Shown here piece after piece: positions 50,340 to 63,959 of a stretch of DNA of 64,000 nucleotides. How positions within the stretch are numbered: the stretch's first letter is position 1; the number at the start of each line of letters is the position of its first letter. Where the stretch lies: contig OX597835.1 of assembly GCA_951406725.2 (NCBI GenBank), forward strand, positions 40,672,001-40,736,000, written 5' to 3'. The position numbers were made by a program, and so were the translations under genes. Source of the DNA: Octopus vulgaris (lineage: Eukaryota). Under the pieces are notes generated by a model. The model had not been told where the DNA came from. It did not search any database and saw nothing but the letters and a program-made list of their open reading frames with translations.

Positions 50340-51450
50340 TGCGGCAATATCAGAGGAAGGTTAACAAGAAAAACAGCTTTGGTGTGTGGAAGTTGCACAG
50401 GTACAATAAACACTAAAAATGTAAAGAAAATAGACTCCATCAACTAGCAGTGGAGTAAGCTAGTGGTAGCAGATAGCTTCCATTATCTAGGCAACCAAGC
50501 GGTGGATGCTCTGAGAACATAGCTGTGAGAATAAGATTAGGATGGACAAAGTTCAGAGAGCTCCTGCCTTTGCTGGCAACAAAGGGCCTCCTCCTCAGGG
50601 TGAAAGGCAGATTGTATGATGCCTGTGTGCAAACAGCTATACTACACAGCAGTGAAACATGGGCTGTGACAGCCAAGGACATGCATAGACTTGAAAAAAA
50701 TGAACCCAGTATGCTTCATTGGATGTGTTATGTCAGTGTGCATGTTTGACAGAGTTTAAGCATCTTGAGAGAAAAGTTGGGCATAGGAGGCATCAGATGT
50801 GGTGTGCAAGAGAGACGACTGTGCTGGTATGGTCATGTGATGAGTATGGACAAGGACAGCTGGGTAAAGAAGCACCAGTCACCAAATGTAAAGGGAACCT
50901 GTGGTAGAGGTAGACCCAGGAAGACATGGGACGAGGTGGTGAAGCATGATCTTTGAACTTTGGTCTCAGAGGGACCTTTGGCGATATGCTGTGCTTGAGA
51001 AGACCCACCAAGCCAAGTGAAATCATAGTCATGTCTGATGCTGGTGTCACATAACTGGAACCCATGCCAGTGGCATGTAAAAAGCACCTTTCAAGGGGCC
51101 TCACGGGGGCAAAGTGGCCAATATTGGTAGCATGTGAAAAACACCTTTCAAGTGTTGAGCCTTACAGAAGCAATGACCGAGACCTTTGGCACTATGTCAT
51201 GCTTGAGAAGAAGAGCCATCAAGCCAAGTAAAATCACAGTTGTGGCAGATACTGATGTCATGCAAATGGTACCCATGCTAGTGGTACATAAAAGCACTGA
51301 TTGCACTCCCGGAGTGGTTGGTGTTAGCAAGGGCATCCAACCATAGAAACCATGCCAAATCAGACTGGGGTCTAGTACAGCCTTCCAGCTTGTCAGCCTT
51401 GGTCAAACCATCCAGCCTGTGCCAGTATGGACAACAGATGTTAAATGATG
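50340..51450 (+). mobile_element. RTE-clade LINE 3' portion with family C 3' UTR
   Basis: RIRLGWTKFRELLPLL..KGRLYDACVQTAILHSSETW..RRLCWYGHVM..GRGRPRKTW, then the GTGCC-type UTR and (GAT)n; related fragments at 24600-24900, 34860-35780, 39565-40710. Confidence 0.88.
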
Positions 51451-51719
51451 ATGGTGATGATGATGATAATGATGATAGTGATGATGATGATGATGATGAT
51501 GAGGATGATGAGGATGATGATGAGGATGATTATAATGATGATGGTGGTGATGATGATGATGATGAGGAGGATGATGATGATATATATACACATCATCATC
51601 ATCATCGGTTTTACATGGCATGGGTTGGACGTTTTGACAGGGTCTAGAAAGCCAAAAGACCACATCTGGCTGCACTGTCTGTTTTGGCATGGTTTTTACA
51701 GCTGGATACCCTTCCTAAC

Positions 51720-51756
<37 letters not shown>

Positions 51757-54700
51757 GAGAGAGAGAGAGAGAGAGATGCATACATGGCTATGTATTTAAG
51801 AAGTTTGCTTCCTACCATAATGGTTTGGGGTTCAGTCCCACTGCATGACGGCTTGACCAAGGTCTTCTACTACAGTCCCAAATCGATCAAGGCTAAATTT
51901 GGTTTGGAAGATGGAAAGTAAAGGAATACTATCATGTGTGTCTGTGTGTCCTTTCCTTCATATAATGTGATAGTTGCAAATGAGCGTCAGTCACACACAG
52001 AGTGTCATTCATTTCCGATATTCTTCAAGAACATGTCAGGCCAGGGTGAAATATAACCTAGCTTTGTAACAGGTGAAGATTTGGTGACAAGAAGGGTACC
52101 CAGCTGTAAGATATCCATCTCAATAAATTCCACCAACCCATGTAAGCATGGAAAACTGAATGTTAAAACAATGATCGTGTGTGTGTGTGTGTGTGTAATG
52201 TATGCAGGAGTGGCTGTGTGGTAAGTAGCTTGCTTACCAACCACATGGTTCCGGGTTCAGTCCCACTGCGTGGCACCTTGGGCAAGTGTCTTCTACTATA
52301 GCCTCGGGCCGACCAAAGCTTTGTGAGTGGATTTGGTAGATGGAAACTGAAAGAAGCCCATCGTATATATGTGTATATATATGTGTGTGTCTGTGTTTGT
52401 CCCCCTAGCATTGTTTGACAACCGATGCTGGTGTGTTTATGTCCCCGTCACTTAGCGGTTCGGCAAAAGAGACCGATAGAATAAGTACTGGGCTTACAAA
52501 AAATAAGTCCTGGGGTCGATTTGCTCGACTAAAGGCTGTGCTCCAGCATGGCCACAGTCAAAATGACTGAAACAAGGAAAAAGAAAAAAAGAAAAAAAAA
52601 AGAAATTTAGATAGATAAACATTCATACATTTGTGCCAATGTTGTGTAAGGTTGTTTCAAAATTAATGACTTTTTTTTTTAAATGTCATCATTTCAGTTT
52701 GGTTTAGCAACGTAATCATGTTTTGTCTAAATTGCATTTGCTATTTGAAAGATCAAAAAATATTGTTCTCATCATTAAGGACCTTGCCCAACCCATGGTT
52801 GACCTTGCAAGTGTTAAAGATCTTCAGGTCACAGTTAAAAACGAAGCAACAGAAAAAAAAAGGAAAACAATAGATTTACACCTAATTCTCCTGTATGTAT
52901 GTTTAAACTTAACTCTGATGCCTGCTACTTACACCTGACTCCAACCTTATCCAGACACGACTCACCTTTCAAGGTTAAAAATCCTTATAGGCGCAGGAGT
53001 GGCTGTGTGGTAAGTAGCTTGCTAACGAGCCACATGGTTCCGGGTTCATTCCCACTGCGTGGCACCTTGGGCAAGTGTCTTCTACTGTAGCCTCGGGCTG
53101 ACCAAAGCCTTCTGGGTGGATTTGGTAGACGGAAACTGAAAGAAGCCTGTCATATATATGTATATATATATATGTGTGTGTATGTGTGTGTGTGTTTGTG
53201 TGTCTGTGTATGTCCCCCTAGCATTGCTTGACAACCGATGCTGGTGTGTTTACGTCCCCGTCACTTAGAGGTTTGGCACAAGACACCGATAGAACAAGTA
53301 CTAGGCTTACAAAGAATAAGTCCTGGGGTCGATTTGCTCGACTAAAGGCAGTGCTCCAGCATGGCCACAGTGAAATGACTGAAACAAATAAAAGAGTAAA
53401 AGAGTAACCCATTCACGGTCCTATTTATAACAACAAACATAAAACTGGCACTCGGTCGGTTACGACAACGAGGGTTCCAGTTAATTCAATCAATGGGACA
53501 GCCTGCTCATGAAATTAGCATGTCTGTGGCTGAGTACTCCACAGACACATGTACCCCTAATGTAGTTCTCAGGGAGATTCAGTGTGACACAGAGTGTGAC
53601 AAGGCTGTTGCTTTGAACTATAGGTACTATGCATTTTTGCCAGCTGAGTAGATTGGAGCAACGTGAAATAAAGGGTCTTGCTCAAGGACACACATGTCAC
53701 TGAGAATTGAACTCACGACCTTGCAATTGTGAGCCAAATACTCTAACCACTAAATCACATGCGTTCATAACAACAAACATACACAGCCAATAAGGCAGTG
53801 AGCTGGCAGAAACGTTAGCGCACCAGGCAAAATGCTTAGCGGTATTTCGTCTGCCGTTACGTTCTGAGTTTAAATTCCGCCGAGGTCGACTTTGCCTTTC
53901 ATCCTTTCGGGGTCGATAAATAAAGTAGCAGTTTCGCACTGGGGCCGATGTAATCGACTTAATCCCTTTGTCTGTCCTTGTTTGTCCCCTCTGTGTTTAG
54001 CCCCTTGTGGGCAATAAAGAAATAGGTATTTCGTCTGCCGTTACGTTCTGAGTTCAGATTCCGCCGGGGTCGACTTAGCCTTTCATCCTTTCGGAATCGA
54101 TTAAATAAAGTACCAGCTTCGTACTGGGGTTGATATAATCGACTTAATCCCTTTGTCTGTCCGTGTTTGTCCCCTCTATGTTTAGCCCCTTGTGGGTAGT
54201 AAAGAAATATACACTGCCAATGTATTTCTAGGAATTTTGAAAAATAATTGAGAATTTGGAAGTTGTTGATATTCCGCTGGTGTTTAATGTGGTGAGCTGG
54301 CAGAATGGTTACTGCACCAGACAAAATGCTTAGTGGTATTTCTTCCAACTTTACAGTCTAAGTTCAAATGCTGCTGGGGTCAACTTTGCCTTTCATCCTT
54401 TCAGGGTCGATAAAATAAGTACCAGGTGAGTGCTGGGGGTCGATGTAATCAAGTTACTTGCTGCTCTGAAACTGCTGGCCTTGGGCCAAAATTTGAAACC
54501 AATGTTACACTGGTGTTTGGAACATGGTAGTAGAGTTTTTCTAATATTCAGTTATAATGGGAGGTTTGAATATGAGCAAGACGGTTTGTATCACAGAGAC
54601 AAATGTTCTTAAGTGGACTCACACCAAAAGAGTTTAAAATGAAATATAATTTTTTTAAACATTATACACACACACACACACATTTACATATGTAATATTA

Positions 54701-54789
54701 TAAATATGACTATAGTGCATGCATATACAGCTGCGTGCATGCGCACATACATGTGAGTACTGTCCAAATCTCCAGTCAATCACATACAG

Positions 54790-55042
54790 CTAGCTGGCAT
54801 TCAATTGGCGTATCAAGTTTCAGGTATTTTGATTGGGTTTTGGATAGAAAATTCACAAAAAGGTCACTTCTATTGATTTTTTTTAATGGCTTTGCGGGGA
54901 GACTGGGGAAATGTAAAGATGTGCACGACCACCCTTGGACGGTTTTGAATGACCATAGAAAGTGCAAGCCCTCTAACTGAAAAATTGTGGATTTGTATAA
55001 AGGACACACACACAGACATTTTGCCGTTTATAAATAGAGAGA
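54790..55042 (-). mobile_element. Helitron-like non-autonomous element
   Basis: Minus strand begins ATCTCTCTATTTATAAA..ATGTCTGTGTGTG (similar to the 23400 element) and ends near CTAG. Confidence 0.45.
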
Positions 55043-55103
55043 TTATACACACATGCACATGGTGGTTGTGTACTCCTTATGCAGAGTCTGAAACCTCTTG
55101 TAC

Positions 55104-55290
55104 CTACTTAGATTTATCATGGCATCCGATGTGGCTTCTTAAACCAAATAACATTTTAAAAAAACACCCACCTAGATCGCATATCTGGTTTGGACCACCA
55201 AGAGCTGCAGTTAAGTTCTGATCTTTGTGGATCTTAAAATATCTTTTGAGGCCTCCATTAGATCTGCAGACCTTATGGCATACACACAGC
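55104..55290 (-). pseudogene. Decayed tandem C2H2-like fingers, likely an old RTE LINE C-terminus
   Basis: CHKVCRSNGGLKRYFKIH...CDLGGCFFKMLFGLRSHIGCH then stop. Confidence 0.5.
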
Positions 55291-58200
55291 ATTGACAGGT
55301 GTGCACAGATATATGCACATAGACACATACATACACACATACATGTATATATATGTGTGTGTGTGTGTGTGCATGTATGTGTGTGTATATATACTCACAG
55401 TATAAATACATATATATATATACTCTTTTACTTGTTTCAGTGATTTGACTGCGGCCATGCTGGAGCACCGCCTTTAGTCAAGCAAATCGACCCGGGACTT
55501 ATTCTTTGTAAGCCTAGTACTTATTCTATCGGTCTCTTTTGCCAAACTGCTAAGTGACGGGGACGTAAACACACCAGCATTGGTTGTCAAGCAATGCTAG
55601 GGGGACAAACACAGACACAAACATATACACACACATACATACATATATATATATACATATATACGACAGGCTTCTTTCAATTTCCGTCTACCAAATCCAC
55701 TCACAAGGCATTGGTCGGCCCGGGGCTATAGCAGAAGACACTTGCCCAAGATGCCACGCAGTGGGACTGAACCCGGAACCATGTGGTTGGTAAGCAACTT
55801 TCCATACAGGATTGTCACAGTCAAGACTCGGCATATATTTAACCATATTTTCATTATAACAATTCTCTTGCAGCACGGATTTTTGTCAGTGAACAGGTCG
55901 CGGTCTTATAGCGACGAAAATATTTTGACAAATTAAACTTAAATGTCGAAGTGAATCGAACGGCTTTTGTGTGTTTCTTAAATGGCTTACAAACACCTTC
56001 CACGCTGCAATTGTTTTCGTTCCAGCACACGATCTCAGATCAAATCACTTGCTATGCAAGTACATCTCTGTAATTCTCTTCTGTTTATCATTAATCACTT
56101 TAGCATTTAAACCAGCCGTATCTGGCCCAAATACTCTTCCTGTTTCATGTCGAAAGTGGTCAGATCTGACCTCTCACACCTACTCTACTATGTCCTTGTA
56201 AAAACAAACAATCACATTATTGAAATCTCAACACTATGAGATAATGAATGATTGCTTCAAAGCAGTGTGAATAAAAAAGCATTAAGTTTGACAGAGTAAT
56301 CTGAATGCTAAAGGGTCAAGGGTATTGCTACCCTAAATGGATCGATGTACCATACCTTGCTTGTGTGTTTCATTTTGGCTTGGCTTCTGTGACTTGGTGC
56401 CCTTTTGAACACCAACCACTTTACAGTGCACTTGGGTGTTTTTTAACTGACACCCAGGAAGACATGGGATGAGGTGGTCAAGCATGACCTTCGAATGTTG
56501 CACCTCACAGAGGCAATGACGAAAGACTGAGACCTCTGAAGATATGCTGTGACTGCGAAGACCCGACAAATAAAGTGAGTCCATGGCTCGCAGGACGGCC
56601 TGCTGTGCTTGAGGAGACCTATTGAGTCAAGTACATCAACATCAACATCAAAATAAAAATCAAATGGAAATTGTAGTTATGATACCCATGCCAGTGGTAC
56701 ATAAAAAACACCATCCAAACGTGGCCGATGTCAGCACCGCCCTGACTGGCGTCTGTGCTGGTGGCACGTAAAAAGCACCAACCAATTGTGGACATTGCCA
56801 GCCTCCTCTGGCCCCTGTGCCGGTGGCACATAAAAAGCACCCACTACACTCTCAGAGTGGTTGGCGTTAGGAAGGGCATCCAGCTGTAGAAACACTGCCA
56901 GATCTGACTGGAGCCTGGTGCAGCCTTCATGGCTTACCAGACCCCAGTTGAACATTCCAACCCATGCCAGCATGGAAAATGGACGTTAAATGATGATGAT
57001 GATGACCAGTCTTAGAAGACATCCTGTTTTCAACAAGATAAAGGGATCCTTTTAACACTACACTTTTCAGAGTGAATAAGGGGATGACCGGCAGCACATG
57101 GAGTGGGGGAGTAGAATGTATTGGGTACAGTAAGTCCAATGTGGTCTCTCTTATATAGAGACTTTGAAATGTGAAGGAGGGGACAAATGACAAAGCAGAT
57201 GGTCAAAGGAAAGAGAGTAGGTAGTTCCAATATATTTCTTATATACAGACCTTAAGTTGGATAGGAGATGTCAAATGATGAAGGAGGTAGAACAGAAGAA
57301 AATGGGTCTTCTCTCAATGGACAGCATGAGTGATACAGGACAGAGTGAAAGAGATAAGGATGACAGAAAAGTGAAAGGGAAATAAGAATATGACAAGCAC
57401 CATCCGTTCGTGGCCGTTGCCAGCCTCGCCTGGCACCACCATCCGTTCGTGGCCGTTGCCAGCGCCGCCCCGACTGGCCTCGTGCCGGTAGCACGTAAAA
57501 AGCACCATCCGTTCGTGGCCATTGCCAGCCTCGCCTGGCCCCCGTGCCAGTGGCACGTAAAAAGCACCATCCGTCCGTGGACGTTTGCCAGCTCTATCTG
57601 GCACCTGTGCGGGTGGCACGTAAAAAGCACCCACTACACTCACGGAGTGGTTGGCGTTAGGAAGGCCATCCAGCTGTAGAAACACTGCCAGATCAGACTG
57701 GGCCTGGCGCAGCCTCCTGGCTTCCCAGACCCCAGTTGAACCGTCCAACCCATGCTAGCATGGAAAGCGGACGCTAAATGATGATGATGATGAAGGTAAG
57801 GAGTAAGCAGCACTTGTGGGCATTTCAGTGAAATAAACCTAGACACACACACACACACACATACATTTTATTTTATTTATTTTTATTTTATTTAATCTAG
57901 TTTCAGCTCACGAGCTGCGGCCATGCTGGGGCACTGCCATTCGGCATTGCTACATGATTTTACTTCACGAATGCTTTTTAGCAAATGCCATTTGGTGCAT
58001 GAGAGAGTTCGATGCAGCTGCCCTCATCTGCACCTGCTGCCGTGAAGTTGGTTCATCTGGGACACCTGACAGGAAGAGATCCAGTTTTATTTTATACATG
58101 TATATGCATACAACAAACCTAAGGATACATACACACATGCCCATACACACACATACACACAATCCCAAGGAAACATACATATATAAATAAGACCATTTGG

Positions 58201-58339
58201 TCCTCACTGCTCCCAACATTCTAGCAACTTTCCATTCACTTCTTTCACTTCTGGAGACTTCTTGAAGCAATAGGCTTCATGCAGATACCATTCATGATGT
58301 CAGCTCTTGTTTATAAGTAATGTACTGTTTCCCACTGGT

Positions 58340-59520
58340 TTTGCTAATAAAAACTATCGAGATGTGGACATATTATATATGTGGACCATAAATAAACATC
58401 ACCCATGTCGAAGCAGTGTGAATGTAAAGACATATGGAGAAGACAAACAAGCACCCACACACACAGACTGGAGCTTGCTATGCTAAAATATGTTCCTCTA
58501 TTTAGTTCCAGTTTGAAATGAAAAACTGAGTTAACAGTCAGCAAAGGCAATAACTTGTGTGACACTGCACTGGTCATTAGTTGGGTGTGAAGGATGTACA
58601 AATGTAGTCTGTGACGTGCTCATGCTAGGACTGGTGATGCAGTCAAGCTGTTCTCAAGCTGTCTTTCTGCTGGAAGCTAGCAACAATGAGTTGCTTCTTT
58701 GCACAAAATGCCAGCAAAAAGCACCCCTTGTCGTTACAGTGTCCAGCACTTATGTTGGCCAAGCACTCTTTTTCAAGATTCTGTAGCATAGCCTGCTCAA
58801 GCCTTGAAGTAGTCTGCAATGGTGATCTGCATGAGGTTGTACGGATCAGTAAAAGGCCTTTTTCTGCAAGACCTGCTTGAAGTGTGAATGTGGAGGCACA
58901 TGGCCAAGTGGTTAGAGCAGCAGACTCACGGTCGAGGGATCGCGGGTTCAAATCTCAGACCGGACGATGTGTGTGTTTATGAGCAAAACACCTAAGCTCC
59001 ACACGGCTCCGGCAGAAGGTAATGGCGAGACTTCTGCTGACTCTTTCGCCACAACTTTCTCTCCTTGCAGCTCACCTGGGATGGACCGGCATCCCGTCCA
59101 TGTGGGGAACCTATGCGCTAAGAAACTGGGAAACCGACCCTTATGAGCCAGGCATGGCTCGAGAAGGAACTAACAAACAAAGTGTGAATGCACAAACACA
59201 AAAAGTGAAGTGTACTGCCTGGCTTGCATTGGGAGGTATACGGAGATAATTTGGTCAGAACAACCCATTAACAGGTTGTCAAGCCTCAAAGCAATGATAT
59301 TGTGATCCTAAGATCAACTCCACAAAAGCATTTACAGTCTCTGGCTCAGCAGACTGGTGGAGGGTGTAACCAGCAGCATGTTGTTCAAAGCTGTGTTTTT
59401 GGAAGTAAACTTCATGAAGAGCAATGATGTTGACCTTCAGCCTTGACAATTCATATGTAACCAGACTAGAATATCATTCTGGGGATTCACTTTCGGCTGC
59501 ATTATGCATAATTCTGATAT
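58340..59520 (-). mobile_element. Old RTE-type LINE AP-endonuclease remnant
   Basis: Fragments YELSRLKVNIIALHEV and GHCNDKGCFLLAFCAKKQLIVASFQQKD; interrupted by SINE D. Confidence 0.6.
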
Positions 59521-60471
59521 TGGGGCTTTAGCACTTGTACACTTTGTGAAGCAGGGTGTACCTCTTGTTTGTTTGTTTGTTGCTGTTTGATCACACGTGA
59601 GGACACCCTTTAGTTGTGACTAGCCATCTGAAGAAAACAGAAAAAAAGCTTTAGTTGGGCTGCCCTTTCTAGATCTCCCTCTCTTTCTACATATATACGG
59701 AATAAAAGAGTATTGACCTTAGAGAAGACTGCTTGAACATTCAGGATGCTGTCAGATGACATCATTTCAAATTCAACATCAGTTGACCCATGTACCTGAA
59801 CTGCCAACATGCGGGATTGAAACTGCAGTTTCCAATGTCATCTCTGAACTACTGTTTTCACCACTTTCCCCATCACTGCAATGCTTAATGAATGGTAGGG
59901 GAGGATAGTTGTAGATATGAGAGTGACTTTCAACCTATGCAATGGATATTTTTAAGTGGATGGCAACAAGCGCATACTGGCATCATCCTTTACACCAAGG
60001 TTTCATCAGTCAGGACCTAACATGCTGTGACTGTAACAGCAAGGTTCTTGGGCCATAGGAATTGCATCATAGATTCTCTTTTCCAGATGGCTAATCTGAT
60101 GAAATTAGCGATCCTCATCTATCCAGGTCCAGAATTAGAGTTGTTCTCCTCTTAGACTTGTTGCCAACCAAAACTACTGAGCCTGACCTGTCCATCTGGT
60201 CACATAGCCAGAGACTTGGTCTCAGCAGCAGAATGTAGAATGTAATGTAAGAGAAGCAGTTTCTAGCTACATCTCATCTAGCAAGCCAGACTGTGGTCCT
60301 GCAGAGTTTACTTCACCAAAAGGCACAGGAGTAGCTTGTTTACCAACCACATGGTTCCAGGTTCAGTCCCACTGCGTGGCACCTTGGGCAAGTATCTTCT
60401 ACTATAGCCTCGGGCCAACCAAAGCCTTGTGAGTGGATTTGGTAGACGGAAAATGAAAGAAGCCTGTCATA

Positions 60472-60502
<31 letters not shown>

Positions 60503-61965
60503 CTATATATATATATATATATGCATGTGTGTGTGTGTGTGTGTTTGTCCCCCTAGCATTGCTTGACAACCGATGCTGGTATGTTTATGTCCCCGTTACT
60601 AAGCGGTTCAGCAAAAGAGACCGATAGAATAAGTACTGGGCTTACAAAAGAACAAGTCCTGGGGTCGATTTGGTCGACTAAAGGCGGTGCTCCAGCATGG
60701 CCGCAGTCAAATGACTGAAACAAGTAAAAGAGAGTAAAGAGAATGATTTGCACATGAGTGAATTGGACATCAGATCCAAAAACCCATTTTCCCCTGCTAG
60801 AATGGGTTCAACAGGGACTTAATTTTCAAACGATATTTTAAGGCCAGGTGGTCTACCTCACACACACACACATGCACACACACATTGCTGTGTGGTTAAG
60901 AGGGAGCTTCTCAGCCACATTTGGCTGGGTTGAGTTCCACTGTGATGTTTTTTTACTATAATACCAGACTTACTAAAGCATTATGAGTTGATTTCATGGA
61001 TGGAAACTGAAAGAAGCTGAGGCGGCGAGCTGGCAGAAACGTTAGCACGCCAGGTGAAATGCTTAGCAGTATTTCATCTGCCATTACGTCCTGGGTTCAA
61101 ATTCCGCCGAGGTCAACTTTGCCTTTCATCCTTTCGGGGTCGATAAATTAAGTACCAGTTACGCACTGGGGTCGATGTAATCAACTTAACCCCTTTGTCT
61201 GTCCTTGTTTGTCCCCTCTATGTTTAGCCCCTTGTGGGCAATAAAGAAATTGGAAACTGAAAGAAGTCAATGGTCCATGTGTGTGTGTGTGTGTCTATGT
61301 TTGTTTACAATTGCACTTTTTCTGAATATTACTTAACTTCAAGTGGTGACACTTTCAATTCCCTACTCAGCAAGCACTTGGTTTTGTACAATTCAAAGAA
61401 ATGTGGGGAAAAAAAGAGATCTTTTGGTCACAAAAACTAATAAGGGTTACTTACTTGAAGAGCATTCAGCTGTAACAGAATTGCTCCAATAATATATTTG
61501 TCTAATACATACTAGCATGGAAAAACAGACATAAAACAACCTATGGGGAGACATGAACAGCTCATCACATCTATCTCTTTGTAGCTACCACTGATTCATT
61601 TTTCAATCTCGCCTAAATGTGAGTAGCCATTTAGCTGCCCAACAAAAAGAACCCGTTCCCTCTCATCCCCTTCTTTCATATCTTAACTCTCATCTCCAAG
61701 AATAAAGCCCCTCCTCTCAACTTTTGTAGGTTTTAAGCTGCATGGCAACCTAACTAGTACTGGTGCTACGAGGGAAGCACCCAGTTCACACTGTAAAATG
61801 GTTGGCACTAGGAAAGACATCCAGCCGTAGGAACCTTACCAAAGCAGGCATTGAAACTCATTGCAGTCCCTAGATGCATCACATTCTGTCAAACCATCCA
61901 AACCATTCCAGCAAGGAACATGACATTAATTGATGATTGTGTGTGTGTATGTATGTATGTATGTA

Positions 61966-62002
<37 letters not shown>

Positions 62003-62007
62003 ATGTA

Positions 62008-62038
<31 letters not shown>

Positions 62039-62365
62039 GTGTGTGTGCATGTATGTATGTATGTATGTGTGTATGTGTATGTATGTATGTATCATCATGA
62101 TCATCATCATTTAGCGTCCGCTTTCCATGCTGGCATGGGTTGGACGGTGCAACTGGGGTCTGGGAAGCCAGGAGGCTGCACCAGGCCCAGTCTGATCTGG
62201 CAATGTTTCTACGGCTGGATGCCCTTCCTAACGCCAACCACTCCATGAGTGTAGTGGGTGCTTTTTACCTGCCACCGGCACAGGTGCCAGACGAGGCTGG
62301 CAAACAGCCACGATCGGATGGTGCTTTTTACGTACCACCGGCATGTATGTATGTATGTGTGTGTA

Positions 62366-62396
<31 letters not shown>

Positions 62397-63116
62397 ATGC
62401 ATGCATGTATGTGTGTGTATGTATGTGTGTGTATGTATGTGTGTATGTATGGGGTTCGTATATAATTATGCAATCTATAACAGGTAACTAAAAGATGTTG
62501 ACATAGACAAAGCTACCAGACGATAAAAGAACCACTTCAAAGCGCCTGCCCATTCCATTCCAGCTGATAAAAGCAAATGTAAAAATATCATATACACATA
62601 TATACCCATCCGCTCACACAATGATGGGTGTATATTATGCCTGTGTTACATTAGACACACACACCCGTCAAGATGACATATTTTCATTATAACAATTCTC
62701 TTCTGGTTCTCATTAATCTCTTAATTCGTTTACAAATTTGTTACACGCTCAGACTGAAGTCAGTCGTATTATGCATAGAATTAGTGTTAAAGTTCACATC
62801 AATGTACGTTCACACTCTTAAGTAGATATGCCTGGTAACATATAAATATATGTAGAGAGAGAGAGAGGAGGAAAGTGTGGGAGAGATTGTAAAGTGTAAG
62901 AGGGAAAGAGAAGGAAAGGGAAAAGGTGTATGAGAAAACAATAAAGAGAGAAAGAAGAGAGGGTGGAAAGAAAAAGATGGGACGGAAATAGAGAGGGAAA
63001 CGGTGCCAGAGGAAGGGAAAGTGTGTGGGAGGGAGAGAGAGAGAGAGCGTCGGATAGAATGTCTGGCGGTATATGCACAGTTTTGGTAGAAAACTTTTGG
63101 CGACACTGGTGCCAAC

Positions 63117-63164
63117 CTGCCTCAGTTTGTAAGCCATGTCTTTCTCTTGGACCTTGGACATCAT
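63117..63164 (-). CDS. Candidate upstream coding exon portion (MMSKVQEKDMAYKLRQ), phase 0, frame-compatible with the 8415 exon
   Basis: Unique non-repeat sequence; ATGATG start, CAG|GTTGGC donor after 63117; frame stays open up to a possible CTTCCAG acceptor (exon start 63272); followed on the minus strand by a long pyrimidine tract. The link to LPGAT1 is inferred. Confidence 0.45.
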
Positions 63165-63500
63165 CGTTAGAGGCGGGTCACTTGCAAGCAATGGTAAACT
63201 GCTACTCTTCCACAAAAATAAGAGCCTAGCCAAAGCTTGCGTCAACAAGGAGAAGCTTTCCAAGTACAGATCCTGGAAGCCGCGGTCGTAAGAGCGTGTA
63301 TATACATATATATATATACATACGCACTTTCCACAAGAGATAGTAAGCTAAGTTTACTATAATATAAGCAAGTTACAGTGAGACAGTCTTCAATTTACAT
63401 CAATATACACTTGACACCAAAAAGGCATACAGTATTGCTTGTTACTCGAAGGAAAGGACCCGCCCGAAAAACGCCTGAGACCCACAGAACACGATCTAAT
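63165..63500 (-). promoter_or_regulatory. Candidate promoter / 5' region of the minus-strand gene
   Basis: Transposon-free and locally CpG-retaining (CCGCGGTCG, CCCGCCCG GC-box-like), whereas repeats elsewhere show CpG decay; immediately upstream of the candidate exon. Confidence 0.3.
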
Positions 63501-63666
63501 CTTATTCTATGAATTGCATTAAATCATTGTCAGATTGGCATCACAGAAGTCACCATGCATGCACATACACACAGACAAACATACATGCACACACATAAAT
63601 ATATACATACATATACAAATACGTCATACATTCATACAAATACATATATATATATATACACACACG

Positions 63667-63763
63667 TTCCAACATATATATACACGTATGTATTTAATTG
63701 TGAGTAATCATGAGCATATATACAATCCTATTTATGTGTTGCATGTGCATATATGTATGTATA

Positions 63764-63818
<55 letters not shown>

Positions 63819-63844
63819 TGCATGTGCATATATGTATGTATACC

Positions 63845-63876
<32 letters not shown>

Positions 63877-63959
63877 TGCAACACACATATAAATAGGATC
63901 GTATATATGCTCATGAATACTCACAATTATATACATACGTGTATATATATATGTTGGAA
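63667..63959. repeat. Inverted repeat with ~90-bp arms (63667-63752 / 63866-63959)
   Basis: Arms reverse-complementary with few mismatches; TA/TG microsatellite spacer. Confidence 0.9.

Noticed and set aside
55104-55340. Host C2H2 zinc-finger gene
   Set aside because: Zinc ligands are degenerate and no splice context is evident; better explained as an old LINE C-terminus.
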